Source: an uncultured Myxococcales bacterium (GTDB taxonomy: Bacteria; Myxococcota_A; UBA9042; DTJE01). From it: a DNA stretch of 64,000 nucleotides. Where the stretch lies: NCBI GenBank assembly GCA_903857665.1, contig CAIOFV010000098.1:968-64967 (forward strand), given 5' to 3'. Both the position numbers and the translations under genes were made by a program. Each line of letters opens with the position of its first letter. Position 1 is the first letter of the stretch. This document shows, piece by piece, positions 46,389-57,984 of this stretch. Below the pieces are notes generated by a model. It was given only the letters and a program-made list of their open reading frames with translations. It was not told the DNA's origin and made no database searches.

Positions 46389-47540
46389 TCACCAGCCCAC
46401 CGTCAGCACGTAGGTCTCGGCGGCCGAAAAGCTCCCGGAAGCGCCGAACACCTTGATGTACGTGACCCTCGAACCCGACGCGCCATTCTTCCACGTCAAG
46501 GACTCGTCCACGCCGACGTCGTTGTCGCCTGCGGCCAGCAGCGAACCGCCGGAATCATAGATCCGCAGGTCGTAGTTGCGGTCGGCCGGGACATCGAGCT
46601 TCGCCGACAACGTCCTGCCGGCCGGGACGGCAGCCTTGAACCAGTCCACGTCGCTTTCCGTGCCGATCATGCCCGACAGCGAGCCGGGCTGGGAGATCAC
46701 GTTCGAGGCGCTCCCGCGACTGTTGTTCGATTCGTGTTCCGTCGCGTCAGCGGTCGCCGCAGGGGGCGTGACCGGGGGCGTCGCAGGGGCGGTCGCGTCG
46801 CCCGTGACGTGCCGGGACAGGAAGTCCGCGAACGCGTCGATGCGGGTGTTCGCGCCCTCCCGGACGCATGTCTGGTCCCCGTATGACGTGACCGCGATCA
46901 GGGTCGGCACCCCGTCCGCGTACTGGAACGTAGGTCCGCCCGAATCGCCCTGGCACGTCCCGGCCTTCCCGTCGCCGTAATAGATGAAATCGGCGTCCTG
47001 GCCGGTGATCACCTGGTCGACCCAGCGACGCGACCCTTCCCCATCCTGGTACTGCGCGTTGGTGACGCCGTAGCCGACCATCCGGACCGTGCGGCCCACG
47101 AGGTCAGGAAGCCGGGCCGACTGCCACGCGACCGGGGCGACGGGCGCGTCCTGGCCCAGCGTCACGTAGGCCACGTCGTTCATCGGGGCGCCGTCGGGCG
47201 CGAGGTAGAAGTCCGGGTGCGCCTCCCACGCGACGACCGGAACGCTGGTTCCGGGCCCTCCGACCGTCGTGCCGAAGAACACGCGGACGTCCCCGGCGGA
47301 AAGACCCGATTCCCGCACACAGTGGCCGGCGGTGAAGACCGTCCGCGACGATACCAGCGTGCCGCTGCAGAACTCGGAACCCTGCGTGGTCAAGGCCACC
47401 ACCGCGGTGTCCGTCCTGTCCGCGGAGCCGTTGATGATCCGCGGTACCAGCGGGCCGAGGCCCGTCGATGACGACCCGGACCGACACGAGGCAACCAGAA
47501 GGCACGTGAACCCGAGCACGAACGCAAGACGCCGGGACAT
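46389..47540 (-). CDS. Trypsin-like (S1) serine protease lipoprotein with C-terminal PPC-like domain
   Basis: RIING activation site, CSGTL..TAGHC, ND, CQGDSGGP, then TEHESNNS...DVDWFK...NYDL. Confidence 0.9.
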   Translation of the reverse strand: MSRRLAFVLGFTCLLVASCRSGSSSTGLGPLVPRIINGSADRTDTAVVALTTQGSEFCSGTLVSSRTVFTAGHCVRESGLSAGDVRVFFGTTVGGPGTSVPVVAWEAHPDFYLAPDGAPMNDVAYVTLGQDAPVAPVAWQSARLPDLVGRTVRMVGYGVTNAQYQDGEGSRRWVDQVITGQDADFIYYGDGKAGTCQGDSGGPTFQYADGVPTLIAVTSYGDQTCVREGANTRIDAFADFLSRHVTGDATAPATPPVTPPAATADATEHESNNSRGSASNVISQPGSLSGMIGTESDVDWFKAAVPAGRTLSAKLDVPADRNYDLRIYDSGGSLLAAGDNDVGVDESLTWKNGASGSRVTYIKVFGASGSFSAAETYVLTVGW

Positions 47541-47631
47541 GGGCAACCTCCTTCGAGTGGGCCGGCCTTCCACGAGGCCGGCCGGGATGAGGCTGCTATC
47601 GGAATCGGGGTCGGAGTGTTCCACGCAGGGT

Positions 47632-48408
47632 TCAGAGGTCGTCGAGGATGTTCCGGCGACGGCGTTCGTCGCGACTGGGTCCCCGATCGGCGTGCCGGGG
47701 GAGCGCCTCGTCGGCGTCCTTGGCCGCGATGACGCTGTCCGGGACGAACCACGGATCCACCGCGTCCCGCGGTGACGCCTCGGACAGGGCCAGGTCCGGA
47801 GCCGCAGGAAGGGCCTCCTGCGAACCCTGCGGCACCACGGGGGCCGGCGTCGGCGGGGGAACCGGCCCCTCGGGCGGGGCATCGTCCCGCAGGCGGGTCA
47901 CTCCCGATGCGAACGCCTCCCAGGCATCGCGATCGGCCTCGGACAGCGGCGCGACGGGCGGCGCGGAAGGCGGTCGTTGGCCGTGGGTGGAGGCCTGCGC
48001 AGGCTCGGGCACAGGTTCCCGCTCGGACCGCGCCATGATCCGGTCGAACCCCTCGCAGTGCAGCACCACGGCGCCCGCGTGCTCGCTGGGCCTACGCACG
48101 CCATGGTCGTCCGACACCACCACGCACTCGCCTCGCCGCTCCCTCGCCAGGCGCACGATGATCGGGTCCGCCTTCTCGTCCGCGCCCGAGAACAGCACCC
48201 GGATGCCGGGGTGGGCGTGGCGCGCGGGCATGCTGCGCACCACCGAGGACCCGTCGAACACGACGATCACCTGGTGCCCCCGCACCTGGGCGTACCGGGA
48301 CAGCCGCCCCAGCAGCGCCTCCCGCAACGCCTCCAGGCGGTCCGGCCGCAGCACGGACAGGGCCCCGATGACGTTGTAGCCATCGACGATCAGCACCCGC
48401 CGGGACAT
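47632..48408 (-). CDS. YacP/Rae1-like NYN-domain RNase
   Basis: LIVDGYNV, VVFDG, VLFS...ADP.I, VVSDD; low-complexity C-terminal extension. Confidence 0.85.
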   Translation of the reverse strand: MSRRVLIVDGYNVIGALSVLRPDRLEALREALLGRLSRYAQVRGHQVIVVFDGSSVVRSMPARHAHPGIRVLFSGADEKADPIIVRLARERRGECVVVSDDHGVRRPSEHAGAVVLHCEGFDRIMARSEREPVPEPAQASTHGQRPPSAPPVAPLSEADRDAWEAFASGVTRLRDDAPPEGPVPPPTPAPVVPQGSQEALPAAPDLALSEASPRDAVDPWFVPDSVIAAKDADEALPRHADRGPSRDERRRRNILDDL

Positions 48409-48432
48409 CGATCCCCTTCCCCGTTCGGCCCC

Positions 48433-49866
48433 TCAGCCCCCTTCGCGATCGCCACCCTTGCGCGACCGCCACCACTCCAGACGCTCCTTGATCGTCTTTT
48501 CGTACCCGGCGCCGGCAGGCTCATAGAAGCGCCGGTCCTGCAACACCTTCGGCAGGTACTCGGCATCGACGAACGCCCCGTCGTAGTCGTGCGGGTAGGC
48601 GTAGCCCTGGCCGTAGCCCAGCGCGGCCATGCCCTTCGCGGGGGCGTTGCGCAGGTGCAGGGGCACCTCCAGGCTGCCCATCTCGTGGACCACCTTCTTC
48701 GCCGCCTTCAACGCCATGTAGGCCGCGTTGGACTTGGGCGCCGTGGCGAGGTACGTCGCGGCCTGGGCCATCGGGATCTCGGCCTCGGGCAGGCCCAGGA
48801 ACTCGAAGGCGTCCTTGGCCGCCACCGCCACCTGCAGCGCCCGCGGGTCCGCGTTGCCGATGTCCTCGGCCGCGAAGATGATCATCCTGCGGCACACGAA
48901 GGACGGGTCCTCGCCGCCTTCCAGCATGCGGACCATCCAGTAGATCGCCGCGTCCGGGCTGGACCCGCGCAGGCTCTTGATGAACGCCGAGATGACGTTG
49001 TAGTGCTCCTCGTAGGCCCGATCGTAGCGCAGCGTGGGCCCCGCCTTGACCGCCTCCAGGACGGCCTCGTCCACCGCGGGCAACCGCTTGCGGGCTGCGT
49101 GGTCCACCGCGGCCTCCAGCAGGTTCAGCATGCGCCGACCGTCGCCGTCGGCGGCCCGGGCCATCACCGACAGCACCTCGTCGGGAACCGCCACCCCGCG
49201 CGTCGCCAGGCCCCGCTCCGCGTCCGTGAGCGCCCGCCGCCCGACGGCCACCAGCGCCTCGACGCCCAGCGGCAGCAACCGCACCACGCGGCACCGCGAC
49301 AGCAGCGGCGACGTCACCTCGAAGAACGGGTTTTCTGTGGTGGCGCCCACCATCGTGATGGTGCCGTTCTCGACGTGCGGCAGGAAGGCGTCCTGCTGGG
49401 CCTTGTTGAAGCGGTGGATTTCGTCCACGAACAGCAGCGTCTTCCGGCCCTCGCGCGCCCACAGCGCCTGGGCCTCGGCCACCATTTCGCGCACCTCCCT
49501 CACGCCGGAAAGGACCGCGGAAAAGGGCACGAACCGCGACTTCGTGTGGCCTGCGATGACCCGTGCCAGCGACGTCTTGCCGCACCCAGGGGGACCCCAC
49601 AGGATCAGCGAGGGCAGCGCGTCGGCCTCGATGGCCTCCCGCAGGAACCCCGCGGCCCCGAGGGCCTCGTCCTGGCCCACCAGCTCGTCCAGCGACGACG
49701 GGCGAACGCGCTCGGCCAGGGGCTCGCGGCCGGGTCCCGAGGCCCGCGACCGCGTGTCGGGCCGGCCCCCCGCATCGCGCGCAAATCCGGCGTCGTCCCG
49801 GTTCTCCCCAGCGTGCTTCCCGTCGCCCGCCGGGGCGCCATCGAAGAGATCATCCTGGTCCGGCAT
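48433..49866 (-). CDS. rarA: Replication-associated recombination protein A (RarA/MgsA)
   Basis: PLAERVRP, WGPPGCGKT, DEIHRFNKAQQD, GATTENP, SAFIKSLRGS, EDIGNADP, VPLHLRNAP. Confidence 0.95.
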   Translation of the reverse strand: MPDQDDLFDGAPAGDGKHAGENRDDAGFARDAGGRPDTRSRASGPGREPLAERVRPSSLDELVGQDEALGAAGFLREAIEADALPSLILWGPPGCGKTSLARVIAGHTKSRFVPFSAVLSGVREVREMVAEAQALWAREGRKTLLFVDEIHRFNKAQQDAFLPHVENGTITMVGATTENPFFEVTSPLLSRCRVVRLLPLGVEALVAVGRRALTDAERGLATRGVAVPDEVLSVMARAADGDGRRMLNLLEAAVDHAARKRLPAVDEAVLEAVKAGPTLRYDRAYEEHYNVISAFIKSLRGSSPDAAIYWMVRMLEGGEDPSFVCRRMIIFAAEDIGNADPRALQVAVAAKDAFEFLGLPEAEIPMAQAATYLATAPKSNAAYMALKAAKKVVHEMGSLEVPLHLRNAPAKGMAALGYGQGYAYPHDYDGAFVDAEYLPKVLQDRRFYEPAGAGYEKTIKERLEWWRSRKGGDREGG

Positions 49867-49878
49867 TCCCCGTCCCCT

Positions 49879-51437
<1,559 letters not shown>

Positions 51438-51474
51438 ACCGGCCCCCCCCCAACCCCCGACCTCACGGACAGGA

Positions 51475-51527
51475 AGCCTGTCGGGAAATGGGGCCCATCG
51501 CTAGGAAACGCATGTGCCCGACAGGCT
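51475..51527. terminator. Stem-loop between convergent guaB and rrf2 (possible bidirectional terminator or RNA stabiliser)
   Basis: AGCCTGTCGGG (51475-51485) is the exact reverse complement of CCCGACAGGCT (51517-51527); no U-tract. Confidence 0.35.
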
Positions 51528-51592
51528 CTCAGGGCGTGGCGATGCGTCCCGCTGCAGGTGGCCTGGATGTCGGGGGGGAGGCGTCCGCGGGG

Positions 51593-52060
51593 TCAGACGG
51601 CGGCGGCGGCCGGGCGGCGCTTCTTGCTCTTCAGGCGATCCGGAAGCGGGAACGGGAGGCCTTCGGGCAGGATCTCTTCCAGCGTGTGGCGGTTCAGCAC
51701 GTCCAGGATGGCGTCCTGCATCTCCTGCCAGACGTTGTGGACCTTGCAGTGCTCGGAGAACTTGCATTCCGTCGGGTACATCAGGCAGACGTTGACCGAC
51801 AGGGGGCCTTCCATGGCAAGGAAGACGTCGGCCATCTTGACCTGGCTGGCGGGGCGTCCCAACCGGTAGCCGCCGGTCTTGCCGCACGCCGAGTGCACGA
51901 GGCCCGCCTGGGTCAGGTGCTGCATCACCTTCGCCAGGAACTGGACCGGCATCTCCTCGGCCTGGGCGATCTCCTGGATCGAGAACCACCGTTCTTCCTT
52001 GCGGGCGGCCAGAAAGCGAAGCGCGCGATACGCGTACTCGGTTGCTCGGGTCAATCTCAT
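51593..52060 (-). CDS. Rrf2 family transcriptional regulator (three-Cys, Fe-S type)
   Basis: TEYAYRAL, EIA....P..FL.K....L...GLV.S..G..GGY.L, CLMYPTECKFSEHC. Confidence 0.92.
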   Translation of the reverse strand: MRLTRATEYAYRALRFLAARKEERWFSIQEIAQAEEMPVQFLAKVMQHLTQAGLVHSACGKTGGYRLGRPASQVKMADVFLAMEGPLSVNVCLMYPTECKFSEHCKVHNVWQEMQDAILDVLNRHTLEEILPEGLPFPLPDRLKSKKRRPAAAAV

Positions 52061-52089
52061 CGGAATCCTCCCGATTCAGGTGCTGCCGG

Positions 52090-52161
52090 ACCATAACGGT
52101 TTCCCCGGAAGGGGTCAACCGACCTGGAAGTCGCCATACCCTTATTGACGCGCTACGTCAA
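52090..52161 (-). promoter_or_regulatory. Tandem putative promoters of rrf2 with an overlapping inverted repeat
   Basis: Minus strand TTGACC-17-TATGGT (52118-52090) and TTGACG-17-TATGGC (52161-52133); palindrome TTGACG-N5-CGTCAA at 52145-52161. Confidence 0.5.
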
Positions 52162-52253
52162 ATCCGTTCGCTCCCTGGATGTTCAAACGTCGGGGTAGGC
52201 GCCGGATGGCACCCGCGGGCCGGATCGGCTATACCTGCCGGCCGGAGGCCCGC

Positions 52254-54176
52254 ATGGGTTACGACGTCGTGGTGGTCGGGGGCGGTCACGCCGGGGTGGA
52301 AGCCGCCCTGGCCGCGGCCCGCCTGGGCGTCCGCGTGGCGCTGGTCACGCAGGACGTCGCCGCCCTGGGTCGGATGTCCTGCAACCCGTCGGTCGGCGGG
52401 ATCGGCAAGGGACACCTGGTCAAGGAGGTCGATGCGCTGGGCGGCGAGATGGGTCGCGCCGCCGACGCCGTGACGATCCACGCCCGGGTCCTGAACACCC
52501 AGAAGGGCCCGGCCGTCCGGGCCACGCGGGTCCAGTGCGATCGAACCCTGTACAACCAGCGCATGGTCCGCGCGGTGCGTGGGACGGACGGGATCACCCC
52601 GATCGAGTCGGAGGCACGCGGCCTGGTGATCCGGGACGGGACGGTCCGGGCCGTCCTCCTTGCCGACGGCCGGGAGGTCGATACCCGGACGGTGGTCCTG
52701 ACCTGCGGCACCTTCCTGGACGCGGTGCTGCACTTCGGCGACGACACGGTCCCCGGAGGCCGAATCCACGAAGCGCCCTCCCGCGGGCTGTCCGACGCCC
52801 TCCGCGCCCTCGGCCTGCCGGTGGGCCGCCTGAAGACCGGCACGCCGCCGCGCCTCCTGGCATCCAGCCTCGACCTCGACGCGACCACGCCCCAGGAGTC
52901 CGACCCGTCCGCCGTACCGTTCAGCCTCTGGCCCGACGGGACGCCGCCGCTGCCCCACCGGGCCTGCCACATCACGTGGACGGACGACGCCTGCCATGCC
53001 GTGATCCGCGCGAACCTGCACCGGGCACCGCTCTTCAGCGGTCGCATCCAGGGCCGTGGCCCGCGCTACTGCCCGTCCCTGGAAGACAAGGTCGTGCGCT
53101 TCGCCCATCACGACCGGCACCAGGTCTTCCTGGAACCCGAAGGCCTCGACAGCCCCGAGGTGTACCCGAACGGCCTGTCCACCAGCCTCCCCCTGGACGT
53201 CCAGGAGGCCTTCGTACGCGCCATCCCGGGACTCCGGAACGCCGTGATCACGCAACCGGGCTACGCGGTCGAATACGACTTCGTGGACCCTCGGGAGGTC
53301 GATACCTCCCTGCGCTGCCACCGCGTGTCGGGGCTATACCTGGCCGGACAGATCCTCGGGACCACCGGGTACGAGGAGGCCGCCGCGCTGGGACTGCTGG
53401 CGGGCGCGAACGCCGCCTTCGCCGCGCGCGGGGACCCACCCTTCCTCCTGTCCCGCGCGGACGGCTATCTCGGCGTGATGGCGGACGATCTGACCACCCG
53501 CGGGGTCACCGAACCCTACCGGATGTTCACGTCGCGGGCCGAGTTCCGGCTGAGCCTGCGCGAGGACAACGCCCACGACCGGTTGTCCCCTCTGGCCGCC
53601 CGATGCGGCCTGCTGGAACCCGCCCGCGCCCGGGACGCGGAGGCACGCACCGACCGCATCGACCGGGCCGATGCGTCGCTGTCCCGCACGCGCGTACGGC
53701 CCGCCGACCTGCCGACAGGCACCCCGACGCCACCGGATGGCCTGACCCTCCGCGACTGGCTTCGGCGGCCGGGGACCGCCCCGTCGGACCTCGTGCCCCA
53801 CGACCCGACCGGCTCGCTGGCGGCACTGGCGGCGGACGAACTGACGGCGCTGGCGATCCGCGTCCGGTACGAAGGCTACATCGCGCGGGAAAAGGCGGAG
53901 GTGGAGCGCTTCCGAGCCTTCGACAGCCTGCCGTTGCCCCCCGGGCTGGACTTCGGGGCCCTGCCGGCCCTGTCCCTCGAGGTTCGCGAGCGCCTGACCC
54001 GCGCCCGTCCGGCCACGCTGGGCGCCGCCAGCCGCCTGGAAGGCGTCACGCCTGCGGCGGTGTCGGCCCTGCTGCTGCGCGTGAAGGGAAGGTCGGCGGG
54101 GCGTCAGGGTGCGGGGGAGGAAACCGCGGGCGCAGTCGCCGGCGGCGTTCTGCCGGACGGTGCCCCCGAGGACTGA
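52254..54176 (+). CDS. mnmG: tRNA U34 carboxymethylaminomethyl modification enzyme MnmG (GidA)
   Basis: [69 protein letters not shown]. Confidence 0.96.
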   Translation: MGYDVVVVGGGHAGVEAALAAARLGVRVALVTQDVAALGRMSCNPSVGGIGKGHLVKEVDALGGEMGRAADAVTIHARVLNTQKGPAVRATRVQCDRTLYNQRMVRAVRGTDGITPIESEARGLVIRDGTVRAVLLADGREVDTRTVVLTCGTFLDAVLHFGDDTVPGGRIHEAPSRGLSDALRALGLPVGRLKTGTPPRLLASSLDLDATTPQESDPSAVPFSLWPDGTPPLPHRACHITWTDDACHAVIRANLHRAPLFSGRIQGRGPRYCPSLEDKVVRFAHHDRHQVFLEPEGLDSPEVYPNGLSTSLPLDVQEAFVRAIPGLRNAVITQPGYAVEYDFVDPREVDTSLRCHRVSGLYLAGQILGTTGYEEAAALGLLAGANAAFAARGDPPFLLSRADGYLGVMADDLTTRGVTEPYRMFTSRAEFRLSLREDNAHDRLSPLAARCGLLEPARARDAEARTDRIDRADASLSRTRVRPADLPTGTPTPPDGLTLRDWLRRPGTAPSDLVPHDPTGSLAALAADELTALAIRVRYEGYIAREKAEVERFRAFDSLPLPPGLDFGALPALSLEVRERLTRARPATLGAASRLEGVTPAAVSALLLRVKGRSAGRQGAGEETAGAVAGGVLPDGAPED

Positions 54177-56785
54177 CCCTTCGGGGCGGCCTCGCCATCG
54201 GGACCGCCGGCCGCCGGAGGCTCCTTCGGCAACTCGCGCGGCATGCCTTCCGGGACCAGCACCGATGCATCGACTGACGGATAGGCGAACACGCCATCTT
54301 CCGGGTACCAGAACAGCGGCAGGTAGGGCGACGCCGCCTGCACCTGCGCCTCGTCCAGCACCTTCATCTCCTTCCACAGGCGCACCAGGATGCCGTGCAT
54401 CCGGTCGACCCACCACTTGCTGAACTGGCGCTTTTCGTACACGCCGTAGGCATACGAGGGCGCCGGCTTGGTGGCCATCAGGAACGCGCCTTCCAGGGGG
54501 GTCAACTCCTCCACCGGACGGTTGAAGTAGGCCAGTGCCGCGGCCTTGATCCCGTAGATGCGCTTCCCGTACTCGATGCAGTTCAGGTACAGTTCGAGGA
54601 TCCGCTCCTTGGTCAGGCGGCGCTCCATCTGCCAGACGATGATGGCCTCTTCCAGCTTCCGCGACAGCGTCTTTTCCCGCGACAGGAACAGGTTCTTCAC
54701 CAGTTGCTGGCTGATCGTGCTGCCGCCGTACACGTACCAGCCCTTGTCCAGGTTCAGCACGATGGCCCGCTTGATCAGGCCCAGTTTGAATCCCTCGTGC
54801 TGGAAGAACCCCATGTCCTCGGTCGCCAGCGCCGCCTGCCAGACCGGCTCCGGGATCTTGTCGAGAGCGACGTAGGACGGCGTGCCGGGCCCGACCGGGA
54901 TCGCTGGCGCATCCTCCTCCTCGTCCGCCGGGATGACGTGCACGAACGGCTCGTCCAGGGCCGGAAGGTTCGCGTGGCGCCCCAGCGTCCGGGCCTCGCA
55001 CGCCTCGAAGTCCCCGTCCACGGACAGGCTGGCGCCCTTGACGACCGTCTTGTTGTTGTCCGGCCCGCCGGTCTTCACCTCCAGGCCGTTCATGTCCACC
55101 GACAGGCGGATTTCGAACTCCATGGAACCCTGGAAGGCCATCCCCTCCAGGCGCGGCACCATGACCAGCGGGATGGCCGACGCGATCCACTGGCAGGGCT
55201 GCCGCGGGATCGTGAAGCGCACCGATACGCGCGGCTTCGCGTGGAACCCCTCGATGCCCAACTCGGCCGAGAAGGTCGCCCGCCCAACGGTCAGCGGATC
55301 GACCACCAGGCGGGCCGTCTGTTTCTCCAGGTCCACGTCGCCGCGGAGGATGGCCGAAAAGGCCAGGTCGGTCACCGGGACCAGGCAGATCTTGGTCCAG
55401 AAGTACGCCAGCCCGGACCCCGAAAGCCGCCCCGAGGCGGTGAACTTCGTCCCGTCGCCGTCGAGCGACAGGTCCAGGTCCACGTCGGCGCCCGGCCACG
55501 GCAGAACGTGCGGGTCGATCAGGCTCAGGGCCTGCACGGCCATCGGCCCGGAAAGCCGCAACGCGCCGCCCTTCAGAAGGTCTCCGGGACCCAGGCGGGC
55601 CTCGGCCCCGAACCGCGACGCGGCGCCGGCACCCAGGGCCGTCCCTCCCGACACCCGGGCCAGCAGGGTGCCGGCGGGATCCCGGTTCAGGTCGATGGAC
55701 ACGCCCTCCAGCACCAGCGCCGACCAGGCCCCGCGCGACGGCGTCAGACGCGCCCGCGCCCCCCGGATCGCCACCGACTGCAGGGCATCCCGCAAGACAC
55801 GGGTCCCCGCCGCCGCGGCCAGCAGCGCGGCATCGACCTCGATCCGGACCTCGCTGGCCGCCACCGGGCCCGCAGCCGGGAACCACCGGGCCACCGCCGC
55901 CGGCAGCAGGGCAGTGGCGTCCTCGGATCGGAGGTTCTTCAAGGTCACCCGAAGGCGCCCGGTCTTGCGATCCAGGTCCACGCCCGCGCCCTCGACGGTC
56001 GCCGCCAGGGGCGCCCGCGCCCCCAGGAGGCGCGTCCACTCGATCGGCGCGTCCGACTCGAGGCTCGCGTATGCGATCCGCGTCGCGTCATAGGTGGCCA
56101 CGCCGTGGATCGACGTCGGCGCCACCCCAAGCCCTTCGGCGGTCGCCGAAAGGTCCGCTTCCAGGGCACCATCGCCGTGGCGCGCGTCGAGGCGCAGGCC
56201 CGTCAGGCGACCTGTCGGCACGGGGTCCTTCCCCTGCAGGAACAGCACGGTGCCCGCCGTCACCTCGACCTCGGGCAGCGCGGTCGCGCCACCGCCTCCT
56301 CCGCCGGGACCACGACGTGCCCGCCAGCGCTGGAACCCGTCGGCCAGATCCTTCAGATCGGTGGGCGTGGCACCGTCGAGCCGGATCGCCAGCGTCGGTC
56401 GCTCCAGCACGACCCGGTCCGGCGAGGGCTTGCCCCGGAGGATGTCCCATGGCGAAAAGCCCAGTCGAAGCACCGGGATGACCAGCGTATCCGGGCCGCC
56501 GTCGAACCCGGGCAGGCGCAGGTCGGTCAGGACGATTTCCTCGGTGATCCCGGCGGATAGGCCGCCGATGGTGATCTTTCGGCCCAGGGCCTCTGACAGC
56601 GGGGCGAGGTGGGAATCCAGCTCGGCCCGGGCGACGTCGAGGACCAGCGGGCGGATCGCCAGGAAGGCGACGACGGCCAGAACGACCGCAGCGCCCATCG
56701 CGATCCCGCAGATCCACATCCACCTCGGCACCCGGGACCGTCGCCCGGGCGTCGGGGATGCCGCGCCCCCCATGGTCGCCCCCAT
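54104..56785 (-). CDS. Large monofunctional peptidoglycan glycosyltransferase (GT51) with long AsmA-like N-terminal region
   Basis: C-terminal [42 protein letters not shown]; N-terminal TM plus about 600 aa of beta-rich sequence; no transpeptidase domain. Confidence 0.85.
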   Translation of the reverse strand: MGATMGGAASPTPGRRSRVPRWMWICGIAMGAAVVLAVVAFLAIRPLVLDVARAELDSHLAPLSEALGRKITIGGLSAGITEEIVLTDLRLPGFDGGPDTLVIPVLRLGFSPWDILRGKPSPDRVVLERPTLAIRLDGATPTDLKDLADGFQRWRARRGPGGGGGGATALPEVEVTAGTVLFLQGKDPVPTGRLTGLRLDARHGDGALEADLSATAEGLGVAPTSIHGVATYDATRIAYASLESDAPIEWTRLLGARAPLAATVEGAGVDLDRKTGRLRVTLKNLRSEDATALLPAAVARWFPAAGPVAASEVRIEVDAALLAAAAGTRVLRDALQSVAIRGARARLTPSRGAWSALVLEGVSIDLNRDPAGTLLARVSGGTALGAGAASRFGAEARLGPGDLLKGGALRLSGPMAVQALSLIDPHVLPWPGADVDLDLSLDGDGTKFTASGRLSGSGLAYFWTKICLVPVTDLAFSAILRGDVDLEKQTARLVVDPLTVGRATFSAELGIEGFHAKPRVSVRFTIPRQPCQWIASAIPLVMVPRLEGMAFQGSMEFEIRLSVDMNGLEVKTGGPDNNKTVVKGASLSVDGDFEACEARTLGRHANLPALDEPFVHVIPADEEEDAPAIPVGPGTPSYVALDKIPEPVWQAALATEDMGFFQHEGFKLGLIKRAIVLNLDKGWYVYGGSTISQQLVKNLFLSREKTLSRKLEEAIIVWQMERRLTKERILELYLNCIEYGKRIYGIKAAALAYFNRPVEELTPLEGAFLMATKPAPSYAYGVYEKRQFSKWWVDRMHGILVRLWKEMKVLDEAQVQAASPYLPLFWYPEDGVFAYPSVDASVLVPEGMPRELPKEPPAAGGPDGEAAPKGQSSGAPSGRTPPATAPAVSSPAP

Positions 56786-56881
56786 CCTCGGCCCCCTTGG
56801 GGCGGGCCGGGAAAAGACGGGCGGATCCTAGCACGTTACCGAGGGTGGAAAAGGGCCGTACCCCCGAAGGGCGCCACGACG

Positions 56882-57805
56882 TCAGCGGGAATCCTGGGAG
56901 ACGCGGCTGTCGGGCGGCACGCCATGGGTCAGCCAGACGTTTCCGCCGATCGTCGAGCCGCGGCCGATGGTGATGCGGCCCAGCACGGTGGCCCCCGAAT
57001 AGATGATGACGTCGTCCTCGACCACGGGATGTCGCGGGATGCCCTTCATGGGGTGACCCTCGTCGTCCAGCGGGAACGACTTCGCGCCCAGGGTCACCCC
57101 CTGGTAGATGCGGACGTTGTTCCCGATCACGCAGGTCTCGCCGACGACGACGCCGGTGCCGTGATCGACGAAGAACCGTTCGCCGATGGACGCCCCGGGA
57201 TGGATGTCGATCCCGGTCAGCGAATGGGCGTGCTCGGTGATGATGCGCGGGATCAACGGCACGCCCAGCAGGTGCAACTGGTGCGCGATCCGCTGGAACG
57301 TGACCGCCAGGATGCCCGGGTAGCAGAAGATCGTTTCGTCGGGACCGGTCGCCGCCGGATCGCCCTCGTAGGCGGCCTGGACGTCGGTCGCCAGCAGGCG
57401 CCGCACCTCCGGCAACCTCCCGATGAAGGCCGCCGTGACGTCGCGAGCACGCGCCTCGCAGGGGGCGCAGTCGCCCGGGACGGCACACCCGGTGAAGCAC
57501 AGCCCGCGCTTGACCTGTTCACGCAGGACCCTTGCCACCCGGTCCAGCGTGGCGACCATCTGGAACCGCAGGCTGTCGCGGCCGATGTCCGGTTCGCCCA
57601 CGTACCCGGGGAACAGCACGGATCGCAGGTCCTCGACCGCTTCCACCAGGGCGGCGCGCGACGGCAGCACCCGGTGGGCGTCCCCGTTGGAACTCTCCCG
57701 CGTCAGGCCGTCGTGGGCCTCGCACAAGGCGTCCGCCACCTGGTCCAGGGTCAGGGCTGGCGCGCACGCGCCCGGGGCCGCGGTTCCTTTCAGGTCGTCG
57801 ATCAT
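56882..57805 (-). CDS. cysE: Serine O-acetyltransferase (EpsC-type)
   Basis: DVQAAYEGDPAA, YPG, HSLTGIDIHPGA, DHGTGVVVGET, YQGVTLGA, RHP, GGNVW. Confidence 0.92.
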   Translation of the reverse strand: MIDDLKGTAAPGACAPALTLDQVADALCEAHDGLTRESSNGDAHRVLPSRAALVEAVEDLRSVLFPGYVGEPDIGRDSLRFQMVATLDRVARVLREQVKRGLCFTGCAVPGDCAPCEARARDVTAAFIGRLPEVRRLLATDVQAAYEGDPAATGPDETIFCYPGILAVTFQRIAHQLHLLGVPLIPRIITEHAHSLTGIDIHPGASIGERFFVDHGTGVVVGETCVIGNNVRIYQGVTLGAKSFPLDDEGHPMKGIPRHPVVEDDVIIYSGATVLGRITIGRGSTIGGNVWLTHGVPPDSRVSQDSR

Positions 57806-57984
57806 CGTCCCCCCCGAGGGTGGCTCATCCGGCGCCCATGCCGGACACATTATTCTACCCCGGCGCGCTCCCCCGTGCGACAGCGCGGCCCGGGACCGCG
57901 CGCCGGCCCGGGAATCCGGGGTGCGGGCAGGGTCCTCCGTCGCGATGCTGGCCGCTCCAGGCCGCCGGATGGTATCCTCCCCCC

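Noticed and set aside
54104-54176. 73-nt convergent overlap of mnmG and the GT51 gene
   Set aside because: Both tails are low-complexity extensions, common in high-GC genomes
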